This document shows positions 1-10,863 of a stretch of DNA of 64,000 bases, in pieces (the stretch's first letter is position 1; every line of letters begins with the position of its first letter). Under the pieces are notes generated by a model. It searched no databases, was not told where the DNA came from, and saw only the letters and a program-made list of their open reading frames with translations. This DNA comes from an uncultured Bacilli bacterium. GTDB lineage: Bacteria > Bacillota_I > Bacilli_A > RF39 > UBA660. The stretch covers positions 529,964 through 593,963 of the forward strand of contig OZ007038.1 of assembly GCA_963931685.1 (NCBI GenBank), in the 5' to 3' direction. A program made the translations under genes and the position numbers.

Positions 1-2
1 TT

Positions 3-1232
3 AAAATTGTATCAGATATTATATTTGTAATTATAATTGGTATTTGTGGTTTTGGGCTTTATTATTTAAATAGTACTTTTACTTTATTAGATAATATTAA
101 AGATAAAGATTATCAACTTGTAAATTATTATGTTTTAGTTTTAAATGATAGTGAATTTCAAAAAATTGATGATTTAGATGATCGATCTTTAGGAATATAT
201 AAATCAGCAGATGAGACTTATGATAAGGCTTTGAAAAAACTTGAAAAGAAAGTTTCTGTCAAGACAAATTCATATGATTCATATTTGAGTGAAGCCGATG
301 CACTTATGAAAGGTGAGGTTGATTCAATTTTTATTAGTGTAGTTAATAAAGATATGCTTGATGAAAGTGTTGATAAATTTGATGAAAGTGTTAGAATTTT
401 AGATACTATATCTGTAAAAATTGAAAGTAATGTTAAAGTAAAAGATGCGGATGTTACTAAAGAGTCATTTAATATTTATATAAGTGGTAATGATATTTAT
501 GGCAATATTGCTTCAGTATCAAGAAGTGATGTTAATATAATTGCGACAGTTAATCCAAATACTCATAAAGTATTATTAACGACTGTTCCAAGAGATTTTT
601 ATGTTCAGTTACATGGAACTAGTGGATACCGTGATAAATTAACGCATGCGGGTGTTTATGGAATTGATATGTCTGTTAGTACTATGGAAGATTTGTTAGA
701 TCTTGATATTAATTATTATATGCGAGTTAATTTCACTTCATTAATGAAACTTGTAGATGCGATTGGTGGCGTAGATGTCGAAAGTGATTATAGTTTTAGA
801 GCAACTAGTGGTGAGCGTTTTGTGAAAGGTATTAATCATTTAAATGGAAAACAAGCATTAGCTTTCTCACGTGAGCGTAAAGCTTTTAGTGATGGTGATC
901 GTCAGCGTGGAAAGAACCAACAAAAAGTTATAATTGCTATTTTGAATAAAACTTTAAGTTCGACAACTTTAATAACTAAATATACGGACATTTTAGATTC
1001 GCTTGGTGGAAGCTTTCAAACTAATATGCCAACAAGTAAAATATATAATTTAGTTAATATGCAATTAGATAAAATGCCAACTTGGACTTTTGAATCTATT
1101 AGTGTAAATGGAACAGGGAAGAGTGAATTTACTTACACATATCCACATCAAAGATTATATGTTATGGAACCTGATATGAATACAGTAAATGAAGCTATTA
1201 ATAAAATAGATGCAGTGGAGAAAGAAAAATAA
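3..1232 (+). CDS. LytR-CpsA-Psr (LCP) family cell-wall polymer phosphotransferase. The 5' end lies upstream of the window: the frame is open from nt 3 and begins inside a TM helix.
   Basis: Open frame from the window edge with a hydrophobic N-terminus (IVSDIIFVIIIGICGFGLYYL). The LCP core region is present: VNPNTHKVLLTTVPRDFYV...KLTHAGVYGIDMSV...NYYMRVNFTSLMKLVDAIGGVDV. The ORF track's first Met at 231 is internal. Confidence 0.8.
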   Translation, partial: KIVSDIIFVIIIGICGFGLYYLNSTFTLLDNIKDKDYQLVNYYVLVLNDSEFQKIDDLDDRSLGIYKSADETYDKALKKLEKKVSVKTNSYDSYLSEADALMKGEVDSIFISVVNKDMLDESVDKFDESVRILDTISVKIESNVKVKDADVTKESFNIYISGNDIYGNIASVSRSDVNIIATVNPNTHKVLLTTVPRDFYVQLHGTSGYRDKLTHAGVYGIDMSVSTMEDLLDLDINYYMRVNFTSLMKLVDAIGGVDVESDYSFRATSGERFVKGINHLNGKQALAFSRERKAFSDGDRQRGKNQQKVIIAILNKTLSSTTLITKYTDILDSLGGSFQTNMPTSKIYNLVNMQLDKMPTWTFESISVNGTGKSEFTYTYPHQRLYVMEPDMNTVNEAINKIDAVEKEK

Positions 1233-1267
1233 TGAAAAATATTCTGAAATGTTTTTAGAATGTTTTT

Positions 1268-1353
1268 TATCTATGAAAAACGTGATAATACATTAAGTTT
1301 TATCTATGAAAAACGTGATAAAACATGAAAATTTATCTATGAAAAACGTGATA
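1268..1353. repeat. Three tandem 33-bp direct repeats. Each unit is a conserved 20-mer TATCTATGAAAAACGTGATA plus a 13-nt variable spacer, phased at 1268, 1301 and 1334.
   Basis: Exact 20-mer copies are visible at 1268-1287, 1301-1320 and 1334-1353. They sit between the LCP stop and the ATPase remnant. Confidence 0.8.
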
Positions 1354-1355
1354 TT

Positions 1356-1679
1356 TTGTCTGATAGTATTTCATTATATAAAGGTGTTATTGCTGAAAAT
1401 TATGTGGCAAATCAACTTGTAGTTAATAACCATGATTTATTTTATTGGCAAAATAATACTTCTGAAATTGATTTTTTGATTTATTCAAATGATGGTATAA
1501 TTCCGGTAGAAGTTAAGGCAAATGATAATACTCGCTTTAAGAGTTTAAATGTATATTATGAGAAATACCATCCTAAATATATGATAATAGTTAGTGCGAA
1601 AAATTTTGGTTACAACGATAAAACAAAGGTAAAGTCAGTACCTCTTTATGCAGTATTTTGTATAGAAAAAGATTTTTAG
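1356..1679 (+). pseudogene. C-terminal remnant (about 105 aa) of a DUF4143-family AAA ATPase. It is paralogous to the full-length gene at 6478-7728.
   Basis: The 107-aa ORF aligns by eye to the last ~105 residues of the 416-aa ATPase. For example EIDFLIYSNDGIIPVEVKAND matches EIDLIIDYENILYPVEIKKGK, and LFYWQNN matches LFYYRDE. It has a TTG start in the track, no Walker A N-terminal part, and is preceded by tandem repeats. Confidence 0.6.
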
Positions 1680-1743
1680 AATATTAAATATTTTAACATG
1701 CAAATTAATTGGAATGTTTTTGCCAAAAAAAGAATAAAAGTTG

Positions 1744-1772
1744 TTGACATTCATATAATGAAATGGTATATT
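1744..1772 (+). promoter_or_regulatory. Sigma-A-type promoter upstream of the rpsL operon: TTGACA, a 17-bp spacer, then TATATT.
   Basis: TTGACA at 1744-1749 and TATATT at 1767-1772. This is about 100 nt upstream of the rpsL ATG. Confidence 0.55.
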
Positions 1773-1869
1773 ATTTATGCATTTAATTTTGGATTTACTT
1801 TCGTGGTAAATCTTTAATTAAGGAGAGAAATGAAACACCTGGGTATGTGTAATGAAAGGAGGTTAAATT

Positions 1870-2289
1870 ATGCCAACTATTAATCAACTTGTTAGAAAAA
1901 GAAGAGGTTCTAAAACTAGAAAGAGTAAATCACCAATGTTAAATATTGGTTACAACAGCAAGGACAAAAAAGAAACAGTAAGTAATTCTCCACAAAAACG
2001 TGGTGTATGTACTCGTGTTGGAACTAAAACACCAAAGAAACCAAACTCAGCTTTAAGAAAATATGCGCGTGTTAGACTTTCAAATGGTAAAGAAGTAGAT
2101 ACTTATATTCCAGGAGAAGGACACAATTTACAAGAACACAGTGTTGTACTTGTTCGTGGTGGACGTGTTAAAGACTTAATCGGTGTTCGTTATCACATTA
2201 TTCGTGGTACTATGGATACTGCTGGAGTTGATGCAAGAAGACAAGGCCGTTCTAAATACGGTGCTAAAAAACCAAAAGGAAATAAATAA
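1870..2289 (+). CDS. rpsL: 30S ribosomal protein S12
   Basis: [10 protein letters not shown]...[19 protein letters not shown]...[19 protein letters not shown] is the canonical S12 sequence. An RBS GGAGG lies upstream. Confidence 0.97.
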   Translation: MPTINQLVRKRRGSKTRKSKSPMLNIGYNSKDKKETVSNSPQKRGVCTRVGTKTPKKPNSALRKYARVRLSNGKEVDTYIPGEGHNLQEHSVVLVRGGRVKDLIGVRYHIIRGTMDTAGVDARRQGRSKYGAKKPKGNK

Positions 2290-2319
2290 TTTTAAAATAA
2301 ATTTGGAAGGAGGATTATT

Positions 2320-2787
2320 ATGCGTAAAAGAAGAGCTGTTAAAAGAGATGTTTTACCAGATCCAATTTACAATTCTAAGGTTGTTACTAAATTAATTAAC
2401 CAAATTATGTTAGATGGTAAAAAAGGAACTGCACAAACAATTCTTTATGGTGCGTTTGATATGGTTAAAGAAAAAACTGGCAGTGAACCAACTGAAGTTT
2501 TTAATAAAGCTTTAGAAAATATCAAACCAGCTTTAGAAGTTAAGACAAGACGTGTAGGTGGAGCTAACTATCCAGTACCTATCGAAGTACGTCCTGATCG
2601 AGCTCAAGCTTTAGGACTACGTTGGCTTGTACAATATGCTCGTTTAAGAGGAGGACATTCTATGGCTGAAAATTTGGCTAATGAAATAATCGATGCTTCT
2701 AACGGTGTTGGAGCTGCGGTTAAAAAACGTGAAGAAACTCACAGAATGGCAGAAGCTAATAAAGCATTTGCTCATTATAGATGGTAA
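2320..2787 (+). CDS. rpsG: 30S ribosomal protein S7
   Basis: [27 protein letters not shown]...[25 protein letters not shown] is the canonical S7 sequence. Confidence 0.97.
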   Translation: MRKRRAVKRDVLPDPIYNSKVVTKLINQIMLDGKKGTAQTILYGAFDMVKEKTGSEPTEVFNKALENIKPALEVKTRRVGGANYPVPIEVRPDRAQALGLRWLVQYARLRGGHSMAENLANEIIDASNGVGAAVKKREETHRMAEANKAFAHYRW

Positions 2788-2808
2788 TTATAAGAAAGGA
2801 AATAAAAT

Positions 2809-4881
2809 ATGGCTCGTGAATATAGTTTAGAAAAAACTCGTAATATTGGTATCATGGCCCACATTGATGCAGGTAAGACTACATGTACTGAAAGAATTTT
2901 ATTCCATACTCATAAGATTCATAAAATTGGTGAAACACATGATGGTGAATCTCAAATGGACTGGATGGAGCAAGAACAAGAACGTGGTATTACTATTACT
3001 TCTGCAGCAACAACTGCATATTGGAATGGCTATAGATTAAATATTATTGATACTCCAGGTCACGTTGACTTTACTGTTGAGGTTCAAAGAAGTTTACGTG
3101 TACTTGATGGTGCAGTTGCGCTTATTGATGCACAAGCTGGTGTTGAACCACAAACTGAAACAGTTTGGAGACAAGCAACTGAATACAATGTTCCTAGAAT
3201 GATTTTTGCCAATAAAATGGATAAAATGGGAGCAGATTTTGAATTTAGTTTAAAGAGTATTGAAGAGCGTTTAGGTGTTAATGCTAAACCAATTGAATGG
3301 CCAATTGGAGCTGAAAGTGATTTCAATGGTGTTGTTGATTTAGTAACTAAAACAGCTTATAAATACGATGGAAAGCCCGAAGAAAATCCTGAAATTATCG
3401 ATATTCCTGCAGATTTAGTAGATATAGTTGAAGAAAAACGTAATGACTTAATCGAAGCAGTTGCAGAGTTTGATGATGATTTAATGAATAAATATTTAGA
3501 GGGAGAAGAAATTTCTATTGATGAAATTAAAGCGGCTATTAGAAAGGGAACTTTAGCTGTTAAATTCTTCCCTGTAATGTGTGGTACTGCACTTGGAAAC
3601 AAAGGTATCAAATTATTACTTGATGCTGTTGTTGACTATTTACCAGCACCTACAGATGTTGAAGCAATTGAAGGTGTTGATATGAATGGTAATGAAATTA
3701 AAAGACATCCTAGTGATAATGAACCATTTTCAGCTTTAGCATTTAAAGTTATGACTGATCCATTTGTTGGACGTTTAACTTTCATCAGAGTTTATTCTGG
3801 TCATTTATCTAATGGTTCATATGTATTAAATTCTAATAAAGATAAGAAGGAAAGGGTAGGACGTATCTTACAAATGCATGCTAATCACAGACAAGAAATT
3901 ACAGATGTTTATACAGGAGATATTGCAGCAGTAGTTGGTCTTAAAGCTACAACTACAGGTGATACTTTATGTGATGAAAAACATGCTTGTATATTAGCTC
4001 CTATGGAATTCCCAGAACCAGTTATTGAACTTGCTGTTGAACCAAAATCTAAAGATGACCAAGATAAGATGGCTTTGGCTTTACAAAAATTATCTGAAGA
4101 AGACCCAACATTTAGAGCTACAACTGATCATGAAACTGGTCAAACTATCATTGCTGGTGTTGGTGAATTACACTTAGACATCATTATTGATAGAATGAAA
4201 AGAGAATTTGGTGTTGAAGCTAATGTTGGTAATCCACAAGTTGCTTATAGAGAAACAATTAAGCAAAAAGGTGATTGTGAAGGAAAATATATTAAACAAT
4301 CAGGTGGCCGTGGACAATATGGTCATGTGTGGGTTGAATTTGAACCTAATCCTGGTAAAGGATATGAGTTTGTTGATGCTATTGTTGGTGGTGTTGTTCC
4401 AAGAGAATACATTCCAGTAGTAGATAAAGGCTTACAAGAGGCTATGGAATCTGGTATTTTAGCAGGATATCCAGTAATTGATGTTAAAGCTACTTTACAT
4501 GATGGATCTTATCATGATGTAGATTCATCTGAAATGGCATTTAAAGTTGCGGCATCTTTAGCTTTAAAAGAAGCTAAAAATAAATGTAATCCTGTTATAT
4601 TAGAACCAATCATGAGTGTTGAAGTAACAGTTCCAGAAGAGTTCTTAGGAACAGTTATGGGTGATATTACTGCAAGACGTGGTAGACCAATGGGTCAAAG
4701 TTCACGTGGTAATGCGTTAAGCATCGATGCAATGGTACCACTTTCAGAAATGTTTGGTTATGTAACAAGTTTGCGTTCTAATACACAAGGTAGAGGTAAC
4801 TTCTCAATGAAGTTTGATCATTATGAGGAAGTACCTAAGAATATTGCAGAAGATATTATCAAAAAAAATGGTGGAAACTAA
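2809..4881 (+). CDS. fusA: Elongation factor G
   Basis: The 690-aa product carries the G-domain motifs [17 protein letters not shown] and NKMD, plus the EF-G C-terminal domains. Confidence 0.97.
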   Translation: MAREYSLEKTRNIGIMAHIDAGKTTCTERILFHTHKIHKIGETHDGESQMDWMEQEQERGITITSAATTAYWNGYRLNIIDTPGHVDFTVEVQRSLRVLDGAVALIDAQAGVEPQTETVWRQATEYNVPRMIFANKMDKMGADFEFSLKSIEERLGVNAKPIEWPIGAESDFNGVVDLVTKTAYKYDGKPEENPEIIDIPADLVDIVEEKRNDLIEAVAEFDDDLMNKYLEGEEISIDEIKAAIRKGTLAVKFFPVMCGTALGNKGIKLLLDAVVDYLPAPTDVEAIEGVDMNGNEIKRHPSDNEPFSALAFKVMTDPFVGRLTFIRVYSGHLSNGSYVLNSNKDKKERVGRILQMHANHRQEITDVYTGDIAAVVGLKATTTGDTLCDEKHACILAPMEFPEPVIELAVEPKSKDDQDKMALALQKLSEEDPTFRATTDHETGQTIIAGVGELHLDIIIDRMKREFGVEANVGNPQVAYRETIKQKGDCEGKYIKQSGGRGQYGHVWVEFEPNPGKGYEFVDAIVGGVVPREYIPVVDKGLQEAMESGILAGYPVIDVKATLHDGSYHDVDSSEMAFKVAASLALKEAKNKCNPVILEPIMSVEVTVPEEFLGTVMGDITARRGRPMGQSSRGNALSIDAMVPLSEMFGYVTSLRSNTQGRGNFSMKFDHYEEVPKNIAEDIIKKNGGN

Positions 4882-4891
4882 ATAAAAATAG

Positions 4892-4920
4892 TTGAAATTT
4901 TAGTTTAGTCATGCTACAAT
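4892..4920 (+). promoter_or_regulatory. Internal promoter for tuf: TTGAAA, a 17-bp spacer, then TACAAT.
   Basis: TTGAAA at 4892-4897 and TACAAT at 4915-4920, in the fusA-tuf intergenic region. Separate tuf promoters are common in bacteria. Confidence 0.5.
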
Positions 4921-4952
4921 GTTTATTGAAATAGAAAGAGGAGGAAATTAAT

Positions 4953-6143
4953 ATGGCAAAAGAAAAATTTGACCGTTCAAAACCACATGTTAATATTGGT
5001 ACTATTGGACACGTTGACCATGGTAAAACAACATTAACTGCGGCTATTACAAAATATTTATCAGATCAAAATCCTAGCTGGGCTAAATTCGAAGCATATG
5101 CTGATATCGATAAAGCTCCAGAAGAAAGAGAACGTGGTATTACTATTAACACTGCTCATATCGAATATGAGACAGCTAATAGACACTATGCACACGTTGA
5201 CTGCCCAGGCCACGCTGACTATGTTAAAAACATGATCACTGGTGCTGCTCAAATGGATGGTGCTATCTTAGTTATTGCTGCTACAGATGGACCTATGGCA
5301 CAAACTCGTGAACACATCTTACTTTCACGTCAAGTTGGAGTACCTCGTATGGTTGTATTCTTAAATAAATGTGATATGGTAGATGATGAAGAATTATTAG
5401 ACTTAGTTGAAATGGAAGTTCGTGAATTATTAACTGAATATGGTTATGATGGCGACAACACACCAATTATCAGAGGTTCTGCTTTAAAAGCTCTTGAAGG
5501 AGATGCTGCTTACGAAGCTAAAATTGGTGAATTAATGGATGCTGTTGATTCATGGATTGAAACTCCAGTTCGTGACAATGATAAACCATTCTTAATGCCA
5601 ATTGAAGATGTATTCACTATTACAGGTCGTGGTACAGTTGTTACTGGACGTGTTGAACGTGGTGAATTAAAATTAAATGAAGAAGTTGAAATCGTTGGTT
5701 TAAAACCTACTAAGAAAACAGTTGTAACTGGTATCGAAATGTTCAGAAAACAACTTGACTTTACTGAAGCAGGAGATAACACAGGTTTATTACTTCGTGG
5801 TGTAAGCCGTGATGAAGTTGAACGTGGTCAAGTTATCGCTAAACCAGGATCAGTTACTCCACACACTAAGTTTAAAGCTCAAGTTTATGTACTTAGTAAA
5901 GAAGAAGGTGGAAGACATACTCCATTCTTCAGTAACTATCGTCCACAATTCTACTTCCGTACAACTGATGTAACTGGTGTTATTGAATTACCTGAAGGTG
6001 TTGAAATGGTAATGCCTGGTGACAATGTTGAAATGACAGTAGAATTAATCGCACCAATCGCTATTGAAAATGGTACTAAATTCTCTATCCGTGAGGGTGG
6101 TAGAACAGTTGGTGCTGGTAACGTTTCAGAAGTTATCGAATAA
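4953..6143 (+). CDS. tuf: Elongation factor Tu
   Basis: The 396-aa product carries [23 protein letters not shown] and NKCD. It is classic EF-Tu. Confidence 0.98.
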   Translation: MAKEKFDRSKPHVNIGTIGHVDHGKTTLTAAITKYLSDQNPSWAKFEAYADIDKAPEERERGITINTAHIEYETANRHYAHVDCPGHADYVKNMITGAAQMDGAILVIAATDGPMAQTREHILLSRQVGVPRMVVFLNKCDMVDDEELLDLVEMEVRELLTEYGYDGDNTPIIRGSALKALEGDAAYEAKIGELMDAVDSWIETPVRDNDKPFLMPIEDVFTITGRGTVVTGRVERGELKLNEEVEIVGLKPTKKTVVTGIEMFRKQLDFTEAGDNTGLLLRGVSRDEVERGQVIAKPGSVTPHTKFKAQVYVLSKEEGGRHTPFFSNYRPQFYFRTTDVTGVIELPEGVEMVMPGDNVEMTVELIAPIAIENGTKFSIREGGRTVGAGNVSEVIE

Positions 6144-6159
6144 TATTGTTTAATTTAGT

Positions 6160-6184
6160 CAGAGAATTATTCTCTGGCTTTTTA
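6160..6184 (+). terminator. Rho-independent terminator of the rpsL-tuf operon
   Basis: The hairpin CAGAGAAT-T-ATTCTCTG is followed by GCTTTTT, immediately after the tuf stop. Confidence 0.75.
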
Positions 6185-6407
6185 ATTTACAACTTTTAAA
6201 AATGATTGCTAGTTATTTATTATTGTCGTGTATTAATAGTAGGAAGTGGAGGTATATAAAAAGGTTAAAGAAAAAATGTAAGAAAAATATTACAATCATT
6301 TTAGCTATTTTAAAGGTTATTAGTTTAATTATTGATTTTTTAGCTTATATTGGTATGTTTTAATAAAAAATGAATATAATAATTGGAAGTTTACAAAATT
6401 ATTTTTA

Positions 6408-6440
6408 GCGTAAATTTAAAATGACACTTTAAATTTACGC
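6408..6440. promoter_or_regulatory. Perfect 13-bp inverted repeat (GCGTAAATTTAAA, 7-nt loop, TTTAAATTTACGC). It overlaps the -35 region of the ATPase-gene promoter, which has an extended -10 TGTTATAAT at 6448-6456. Candidate operator.
   Basis: A perfect palindrome read directly from the sequence. No U-tract follows, so it is unlikely to be a terminator. A TATAAT is 10 nt downstream and an RBS AGGAGG lies at 6465-6470. Confidence 0.45.
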
Positions 6441-6477
6441 CAATATATGTTATAATGTACGCAAGGAGGTAACTTAT

Positions 6478-7728
6478 ATGAAAAAGTATATAACGAGAAA
6501 TGTTGAAAAAGTTGTTAAAAATTTGTCTCGTCAATTTCCGGTAGTAATGGTTACTGGACCAAGGCAGGTTGGAAAAACTACAATGCTAAGACATATTAAC
6601 AAAGAAATTAATTACGTAACACTAGATGATTTAAATGTACGTAATTTAGCAGTTAATGATCCTGAACTTTTTTTAGAAACATACGAACCACCTTTAATTA
6701 TTGATGAATTTCAATATGTCCCTAATTTACTTTCTTATATTAAAATAAAAGTTGATGAGATGAGAATTGATAAAACTTTTAATGATACTAAAAGTTTTGA
6801 TGCTTTATATTATTTAACTGGTTCTCAAAGTTTTGTTTCTATGAAAAATGTTAGTGAATCATTAGCTGGAAGGGTTGGAATTATAGAAATGAATGGACTT
6901 TCTACTTCTGAATTACAAGGTATAGATAAAATGCCATTTGTTCCTAATATTTTGCAATTGAAAAATAATTTGAATAATAAGATGGAAACAAATAAACTTT
7001 TTGATAGAATTTTTAAAGGAAGTTATCCAGAACTTTATGTTAACGAAAATATTAGTGTTGAAACTTTTTATAGTAGTTACGTTAAAACTTATATTGAGCG
7101 AGATATTAGAGATTTAATAAATATTAGTGATGAAATTAAATTTATGAAATTTATGACAAGTGTGGCTGCTAGAACTGGTGAAGAATTAAATATTACTACG
7201 GTGGCAAATGATGCGGAGATAAGTGTTCCTACAGCTAATAACTGGTTGTCTATTTTAGTCAACACAGGATTGGTAGTGCTTTTAGAACCTTTTTCTAATA
7301 ATGTGATTAAAAGAACAATTAAAAGACCCAAAATCTATTTTATGGATACTGGACTTGCGTGTTATTTAGCTAAATATCCTAGTTCGGATATATTGGAAGT
7401 AAGTAGTTATTCGGGACATATTTTTGAAACATATGTGGTAAGTGAAATTATTAAAAGTTATGCTAATAACGGAAAAGATTATAAGAAATATTTATTTTAT
7501 TATAGAGATGAAAAAAAGAGGGAAATTGATTTGATTATAGATTATGAAAATATATTATATCCTGTAGAAATAAAGAAAGGTAAACATCCAAATGGTGAAT
7601 GTGTAAAAAATTTTTCTGTTCTTAATAAATTAAATAATGAAATTGCTCAAGGAATTGTTTTGTGTATGATAGACCAAATATTTCCAATTGATAGAAACAA
7701 TTATTATGTACCGATAAGTTATATATGA
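6478..7728 (+). CDS. AAA+ ATPase of the DUF4143 family (ATP-binding protein)
   Basis: Walker A VVMVTGPRQVGKTT and Walker B-like LIIDEFQYV. The C-terminal DUF4143-like region (REIDLIIDYENILYPVEIKKGK) resembles a restriction-endonuclease-like fold. Confidence 0.75.
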   Translation: MKKYITRNVEKVVKNLSRQFPVVMVTGPRQVGKTTMLRHINKEINYVTLDDLNVRNLAVNDPELFLETYEPPLIIDEFQYVPNLLSYIKIKVDEMRIDKTFNDTKSFDALYYLTGSQSFVSMKNVSESLAGRVGIIEMNGLSTSELQGIDKMPFVPNILQLKNNLNNKMETNKLFDRIFKGSYPELYVNENISVETFYSSYVKTYIERDIRDLINISDEIKFMKFMTSVAARTGEELNITTVANDAEISVPTANNWLSILVNTGLVVLLEPFSNNVIKRTIKRPKIYFMDTGLACYLAKYPSSDILEVSSYSGHIFETYVVSEIIKSYANNGKDYKKYLFYYRDEKKREIDLIIDYENILYPVEIKKGKHPNGECVKNFSVLNKLNNEIAQGIVLCMIDQIFPIDRNNYYVPISYI

Positions 7729-7834
7729 TATTAAGTATTTGTAAATTACTTGCAAGTACTTTTAATATGGCTATTTCATTGACTTTTATATAAAAAAACA
7801 ATATAATTTTATATAGAGAAAGGGTGTTTTTATT

Positions 7835-9115
7835 ATGCTACAAAAACCAAAAGGAACTTATGATATATATGGTGATAAGGCTTTAACTTATCTTTATTTT
7901 AGAAAGTTAGTAGAGGCTTTAATGGATAAATATAATGCGAAGTATTTTGAAACTCCAATATTTGAAAGTAGTGAACTTTTTCATAGAGGTGTTGGTGAAA
8001 CAACGGATATAGTAAGTAAAGAAACTTACGATTTTAAAGATAGAGGAGATAGAAATATAACACTTAGACCAGAAGGAACTGCTGGTATTGTTAGAAGTTT
8101 TATTGAAAATAAATTATATGCGGAGAATTTACCTTTAAAGGCTTGGTATTTAGGTCCTATGTTTAGATATGAAAGACCACAAGCAGGCAGATATAGAGAG
8201 TTTTATCAGTTTGGTTTTGAAGCTTTTGGTAGCTCTGATGCAATGATGGATGCGGAAGTTATTGGTATTGTTTGTAATTTATTTAAAATTTTAGGTTTGA
8301 AAGGGGTTAGTGTAAATATAAATACTTTAGGAGATAAGGAATCTAGAGAAAATTATCGAAAAGCATTACTTGATTATTTTAAACCTTATTTGAATGATTT
8401 ATGTGATGATTGCAGGAGAAGATATGAAAAAAATCCATTACGAATTTTAGACTGTAAAGTAGATAGTTCAAATGAAATTATGAAAAATGCTCCTAAAATG
8501 ACTGATTATTTGAATGAAGAAAGTAGAGAACACTTTGATAAAGTTAAAGAATATTTAGATGTGATGGGTATAAATTATAAAGTCAATTCAAGTATTGTTA
8601 GAGGGCTTGATTATTACACTCATACTGTATTTGAAGTTCAAGCTGATATTGAAGGGTTTGGCTCACAAAATACTTTAGCGGCTGGTGGAAGGTATGATCA
8701 TTTAGTTGAATTTGTTGGTGGGCCTAGTGTACCTGGTGTTGGTTTTGCGGTTGGACTTGAAAGGTTGTTTTTGGCTTTAGATGCAGAAAACATAGATATT
8801 AGAGAAATAATATGTCCAGATGTTTACATATTTAGTGCAGATGATGAGCAAAAGCCTTATGTTTTATCACTTTCTAATGATTTAAGACTTGCTGGTTTTA
8901 ATGTTGAGATAGATTATAATGGTAAGAGTTTTAAAAGTAATTTCAAACAAGCTGATAAAGTGAATGCTAGATATATTATTATAATCGGTGAAGAAGAAGT
9001 GGAAAGTAAATTGTTAACTGTTAAGAATAATGAAACAAAAGAAGAATATAAGGTTAAATTAGATAAAATAATAGAATTTTTAGATGAAAAATTAGGTGAG
9101 GAACATGAAGATTAA
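7835..9115 (+). CDS. hisS: Histidine--tRNA ligase
   Basis: The 426-aa product carries class II aaRS motifs (FRYERPQAGRYREFYQ, GGRYD) and a C-terminal anticodon-binding domain. Confidence 0.95.
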   Translation: MLQKPKGTYDIYGDKALTYLYFRKLVEALMDKYNAKYFETPIFESSELFHRGVGETTDIVSKETYDFKDRGDRNITLRPEGTAGIVRSFIENKLYAENLPLKAWYLGPMFRYERPQAGRYREFYQFGFEAFGSSDAMMDAEVIGIVCNLFKILGLKGVSVNINTLGDKESRENYRKALLDYFKPYLNDLCDDCRRRYEKNPLRILDCKVDSSNEIMKNAPKMTDYLNEESREHFDKVKEYLDVMGINYKVNSSIVRGLDYYTHTVFEVQADIEGFGSQNTLAAGGRYDHLVEFVGGPSVPGVGFAVGLERLFLALDAENIDIREIICPDVYIFSADDEQKPYVLSLSNDLRLAGFNVEIDYNGKSFKSNFKQADKVNARYIIIIGEEEVESKLLTVKNNETKEEYKVKLDKIIEFLDEKLGEEHED

Positions 9116-10829
9116 TAATACTAGTATAAATAAAAAAAATGTTGATGAGGTTGTTACACTTTATGGTTGGGTTAATAAAAAAAGAGATTTAGGTGGACTT
9201 ATATTTATTGATTTAAGAGATAGAAGTGGACTAATTCAGTTAGTAGTAAATCCAGATAGTAAAGTATATGAAGTTGCTAGTACACTTAAAAATGAATATG
9301 TTATTAAAGTTAGTGGTAAGGTTGTTTTAAGAAAAGAAGCTAATAAGAATTTGAAAACTGGTGAGGTTGAAGTTGAAGTTCAAAAGCTAGAGATTTTAAA
9401 TAAGTCGGCGGAGCTTCCATTTGATTTAAATAATATGACAGCTTTAGAAGATACTAGATTGAAATATCGTTATTTAGACTTAAGAAGAGAAGAACTTAAG
9501 AATAATTTATTTATTAAACATAAGATTATGCAAAGTGCAAGAAAATATTTAAATTCTTTAGAATTTATGGAAATTGAAACTCCAATTTTATGTAAGTCAA
9601 CTCCAGAAGGAGCGAGAGATTACTTAGTACCTTCTAGAGTGAATAAAGGATGTTTTTATGCATTACCACAGTCACCACAACTTTTTAAACAAATACTTAT
9701 GATGAGTGGTATGGAAAAATATTATCAAATAGCTAGATGTTTTAGGGATGAAGATTTACGTGCAGATAGACAGCCAGAATTTACTCAAATAGATATGGAA
9801 ACAAGTTTTATGTCAGAAGATGAAATCATGAGTATTACAGAGGGTTTACTTTATAATGTTTTTAAAGAAGTAAAAGATATTGAAATTAAATTACCTATTG
9901 ATAGAATGACTTATGATGAGGCGATTAATTTATATGGTTCAGATAAACCTGATTTAAGATTTGAAAATCCAATTTTTGATATTACAGATAATTTTATAGA
10001 TAGTGATTTTAGTTTGTTTAAAACAATAATAAATGATGGCGGAATTATTAATGCTTTAGTATTTAATGTGGCTGATAAATATTCTAGAAAAGATATTGAT
10101 AAATTAACTGATTATGTCAAAACATATGGGGCTAAAGCTTTAGCTTTCCTAAAGTATAATGATGAGTTTACTGGTAGTATTGCTAAGTTTATAACACCTG
10201 AAATTGGTAAAGCTTTAAAAGAAAAATTAAATTTAAAGACTAATGATTTAATTTTAATTATTGCTGGTAATAAGAAAATGGTAAAAACATCTTTAGGTGC
10301 TTTAAGGTGTAAAATAGCTAGAGATTTAGATTTAATTGATAAAAATAAATATGCATTAACTTGGGTAACGGATTTTCCAATGTTTGAATATAGTGAGGAA
10401 GAAGGTAGATATATATCTTGCCATCATCCGTTTACTTTACCAAAGGATGTTAATAGTTTAAGTGACAAGGAAAATGCTAAAGCATATGCTTATGATATAG
10501 TTATAAATGGCTATGAAGCTGGTGGCGGAAGTTTGAGAATATATAATCCAGATGATCAAGAAAAGGTTTTAAATGAACTTGGATTTAGTAAAGAAGAGGC
10601 TGAAGCAAAATTTGGATTTTTGTTAAATGCTTTAAATTATGGATGTCCTCCACATGGTGGGCTTGCTATTGGTTTAGAAAGACTTACTATGATATTGTGT
10701 GGGACAGAAAATATTCGTGATGTAATTGCTTTTCCCAAAACAACTAGTGCATCATGTTTGATGACTGAAGCACCTAGCGAAGTAACTGAAAAACAGTTAG
10801 AAGAATTACATATAAAATTAAACGATTAA
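9096..10829 (+). CDS. aspS: Aspartate--tRNA ligase
   Basis: The 577-aa product has an N-terminal OB fold and the motifs FRDEDLRADRQPEFTQID, QSPQLFKQ and GGGSLRI. It overlaps the hisS stop by 20 nt, the typical hisS-aspS arrangement. Confidence 0.95.
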   Translation: MRNMKINNTSINKKNVDEVVTLYGWVNKKRDLGGLIFIDLRDRSGLIQLVVNPDSKVYEVASTLKNEYVIKVSGKVVLRKEANKNLKTGEVEVEVQKLEILNKSAELPFDLNNMTALEDTRLKYRYLDLRREELKNNLFIKHKIMQSARKYLNSLEFMEIETPILCKSTPEGARDYLVPSRVNKGCFYALPQSPQLFKQILMMSGMEKYYQIARCFRDEDLRADRQPEFTQIDMETSFMSEDEIMSITEGLLYNVFKEVKDIEIKLPIDRMTYDEAINLYGSDKPDLRFENPIFDITDNFIDSDFSLFKTIINDGGIINALVFNVADKYSRKDIDKLTDYVKTYGAKALAFLKYNDEFTGSIAKFITPEIGKALKEKLNLKTNDLILIIAGNKKMVKTSLGALRCKIARDLDLIDKNKYALTWVTDFPMFEYSEEEGRYISCHHPFTLPKDVNSLSDKENAKAYAYDIVINGYEAGGGSLRIYNPDDQEKVLNELGFSKEEAEAKFGFLLNALNYGCPPHGGLAIGLERLTMILCGTENIRDVIAFPKTTSASCLMTEAPSEVTEKQLEELHIKLND

Positions 10830-10863
10830 GATATAAAAGGGGCTTTATGATTGGAATGATTTT

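Noticed and set aside
2183-2395. 70-aa + strand ORF overlapping the rpsL 3' end and the rpsG start, and 2846-3040 inside fusA
   Set aside because: These are out-of-frame overlaps with universally conserved ribosomal and EF-G coding sequence. They are spurious.
3084-3611. Minus-strand ORFs (80 and 84 aa) inside fusA, plus similar antisense ORFs inside tuf (5061-5252, 5510-5782)
   Set aside because: They lie antisense within highly conserved genes, their products are low-complexity Ser/Ile-rich sequences, and they have no RBS. They are frame artefacts.
7729-7834. Looked for a T-box riboswitch leader upstream of hisS-aspS
   Set aside because: The intergenic region is only ~106 nt. It contains no AGGGTGGNACCGCG T-box motif and no specifier/antiterminator architecture, so it is too short for a T-box.
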